From Deinococcaceae bacterium (GTDB lineage: Bacteria > Deinococcota > Deinococci > Deinococcales > Trueperaceae), in the NCBI GenBank assembly GCA_040256005.1, contig JBDZWC010000072.1, positions 1-15,243 of the forward strand: DNA of 15,243 nucleotides. The letters run 5' to 3'. Every line of letters begins with the position of its first letter. The stretch's first letter is position 1. Of the stretch, positions 13,321 through 15,243 are shown one piece after another. The notes beneath the pieces were generated by a model. It saw nothing but the letters and a program-made list of their open reading frames with translations, was not told the DNA's origin and did no database searches. The position numbers were made by a program, and so were the translations under genes.

Positions 13321-15243
13321 CTAAGCGTGCTCCTCGAACCAACCGACGATCGCGTCCAGGCGCATGACGCGCCTGTCGGGCCGGCCGGAGCGTGACAGCT
13401 CGTGGCCCTCGCCCGGGAAGCGGAGCAGCTCGACGCGAGCCTTGCCCAGCCTCTTGATGGCGGAGAAGAACTGCTCGGCCTGCTCGATGGGGCAGCGCCA
13501 GTCCTCCTCGCTATGTATCAGCAGCAGCGGGGTGCTCACTGCAGCCGCGTTGCGGATGGGGCTCTGGCGCCACAGCGCGTCCAGGTCGGCCCACGGCGCC
13601 GCGCCGATCTCGTGCTCCACGAAGCGCGGGCCTATGTCTGAGGTGCCGTACATGCTGGTCCAGTTGCTTATCGAACGCTGGCTGACCGCGCTGGCGAACC
13701 TGTCGGTGACGCCCACCAGCCAGTTGGTCATGAAGCCGCCGTACGAGCCTCCGGTCAGGTGGACCGGAGCGTCGGGCCGGTGCAGCCTGACCAACGCCGC
13801 GTCCACGATCGCGAGGACGTCGGCGGCGTCGTCGCCCCCGTAGTCGCCCAGCACGTGGGCGGCGTAGTCGTGGCCCAGACCCGAGCTGCCCCTCGGGTTG
13901 CCGTAGACGACCGTGTAGCCGCGCGCGGCCAGCAGCTGGAACTCGAACAGGAAACCCTGGCCATAGGCGGTGTGCGGTCCGCCGTGCACCTCGACGACGA
14001 CCGCCCCGTCGTCGCGTGGCTGATCAGGCTCCAGCGTCCAGTACCGCACGCCGTGCTCGTTGGCCGCGAACGGTCCTCGTGGGGCGCCCAGCCGCAGCTC
14101 CGCGACCCACTCGTCGTTCATGGCGGTGAGGCGGGTCTCCTCGCCGGCGGCCGTCCGGAACCACAGCTCACCCGGCGAGGTCGGGCTCTCGGCGACGAAC
14201 GCGGCCGCACCCGCTTCCGTGGCGGTGAACGCGGTGACCCCGCGCTGCTTTTCGTCCTGGAGGCGCGTGAACGAGCCGTCGAGGGACAGCAGGCCCAGGC
14301 CCGTCTGACCGTCGGTGTGCCCGTTGACGAGCAGGCTTTCGCCACCGCTCGGGAGCCGCGTCCAGGTGGGCCGGTTGGGGTAACCGCCGTGGCGGGAGTC
14401 GCCGGCCTCGGCCGGGCTGACGTCGACGTCGCCCGAGATCAAACGGGGCTCGCCCGGCGCCGCGAGCTCCACCAGGAAGACGCCGGTATGGCTGATCATG
14501 TCGCCGCGGTGCGAGGCCATGACGGCGAGTCGGCTGCCGTCCGGGGAAGGGGCGAGGCCGCTCAGGCCCCGCATGGCCCTAGCCAGCACGGTCTCCTCGC
14601 CCGTGCTCGGGTCCAGCGCCACGGCGTCAGCCTTGAACTCGGCGTTGTCATCCTCGTTCGCTGCCCTGGAGAGGTAGAGGGCGGAGCCGTCCGGTGCGAA
14701 CGTCAGGTTCCCGGGGGCCTCGTCGTACCGCTTGACCACGCGCGGCTCGCCCGACATGCCAACGGCGTAGAGGTCCGGCACCGAGCCGGGATAGAAGCCC
14801 TCGCCGTCGCCGCGGTAACGCATGCGTCTCACGCGCAACGGCAGACCCTTCTCGGCGCGGTCGTCCTTCTCCTCGCCGCGGGAGGTGTAGTAGATCTCGG
14901 CGCCCCCCGGGTGCCAGCAGAACTCCCTCACCCCCGCCTCGTGGCGTGTCAGCTGTCTCGCCTCGCCGCCGGACAGGGGCATGACGTAGAGCTGCGGCGG
15001 CTTCTTCTCCTCGCGCACCGAGAGGAACGCCAGGTGGCTCCCGTCGGGGCTGAAGCGCGGCGAGAAGTCTTTGTACGGCGACCGGGTGAACTCGGAGTCG
15101 ACGCCCGTGGACCCCTCGCCCTGGCCACCTGAACCGCCGTTCGGGGGCCTGAAGAGGTGGATCCGGCTGCGGTAGCGAGGCGGGTCCTCGCCCTCGCCGC
15201 GCACGATCGACGTCACGACGGCGGCGACCCGGTCGCCGGAGGG
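13321..15243 (-). CDS. S9 family (acylaminoacyl/dipeptidyl peptidase-like) serine peptidase, 5'-partial
   Basis: Beta-propeller repeats (PRFSPDGSHLAF, APSPDGSRLA), VHGGPH, NPRGSSG, GGSYGG nucleophile, EEDWRC Asp, EGHEL His. The frame stays open to the window end (PSGDRVAAVVTSIV), so the true start lies outside. Confidence 0.95.
   Translation of the reverse strand, partial: PSGDRVAAVVTSIVRGEGEDPPRYRSRIHLFRPPNGGSGGQGEGSTGVDSEFTRSPYKDFSPRFSPDGSHLAFLSVREEKKPPQLYVMPLSGGEARQLTRHEAGVREFCWHPGGAEIYYTSRGEEKDDRAEKGLPLRVRRMRYRGDGEGFYPGSVPDLYAVGMSGEPRVVKRYDEAPGNLTFAPDGSALYLSRAANEDDNAEFKADAVALDPSTGEETVLARAMRGLSGLAPSPDGSRLAVMASHRGDMISHTGVFLVELAAPGEPRLISGDVDVSPAEAGDSRHGGYPNRPTWTRLPSGGESLLVNGHTDGQTGLGLLSLDGSFTRLQDEKQRGVTAFTATEAGAAAFVAESPTSPGELWFRTAAGEETRLTAMNDEWVAELRLGAPRGPFAANEHGVRYWTLEPDQPRDDGAVVVEVHGGPHTAYGQGFLFEFQLLAARGYTVVYGNPRGSSGLGHDYAAHVLGDYGGDDAADVLAIVDAALVRLHRPDAPVHLTGGSYGGFMTNWLVGVTDRFASAVSQRSISNWTSMYGTSDIGPRFVEHEIGAAPWADLDALWRQSPIRNAAAVSTPLLLIHSEEDWRCPIEQAEQFFSAIKRLGKARVELLRFPGEGHELSRSGRPDRRVMRLDAIVGWFEEHA

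Noticed and set aside
13759..15132. 457-aa plus-strand ORF
   Set aside because: Antisense shadow of the S9 peptidase.

Overview
High-GC bacterial window; RNase J/PNPase/S15 character, the rpsO-pnp-rnj order and several leaderless-type starts suggest Deinococcota (Trueperaceae-like), which is inference. The right half (about 6.9-15.2 kb) is core-like: a partial S9 peptidase, rpsO, pnp (with a long RGG-rich tail), rnj, an SDR oxidoreductase and a degenerate Nudix/IDI-like gene. The middle holds tRNA-Pro(GGG) flanked by two TetR plus small-membrane-protein modules, each with palindromic operators. The left ~4.2 kb, downstream of the tRNA 3' end, looks accessory (weaker GC codon bias by eye). It carries a secreted ankyrin-repeat gene missing from the ORF track, divergent from a BlaI-family repressor / M56 (BlaR1-like) sensor-protease pair with a tandem TACGA-N7-TCGTA operator. 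Best lead: the M56 protein's predicted extracellular domain is not a penicillin-binding domain but a ~125-aa four-cysteine domain, and the next gene encodes a free secreted paralog of that domain, followed by a secreted DUF4397-fasciclin fusion. This is a candidate uncharacterised 'sensor plus soluble copy' signalling system. No database searches were run, so novelty is unverified.
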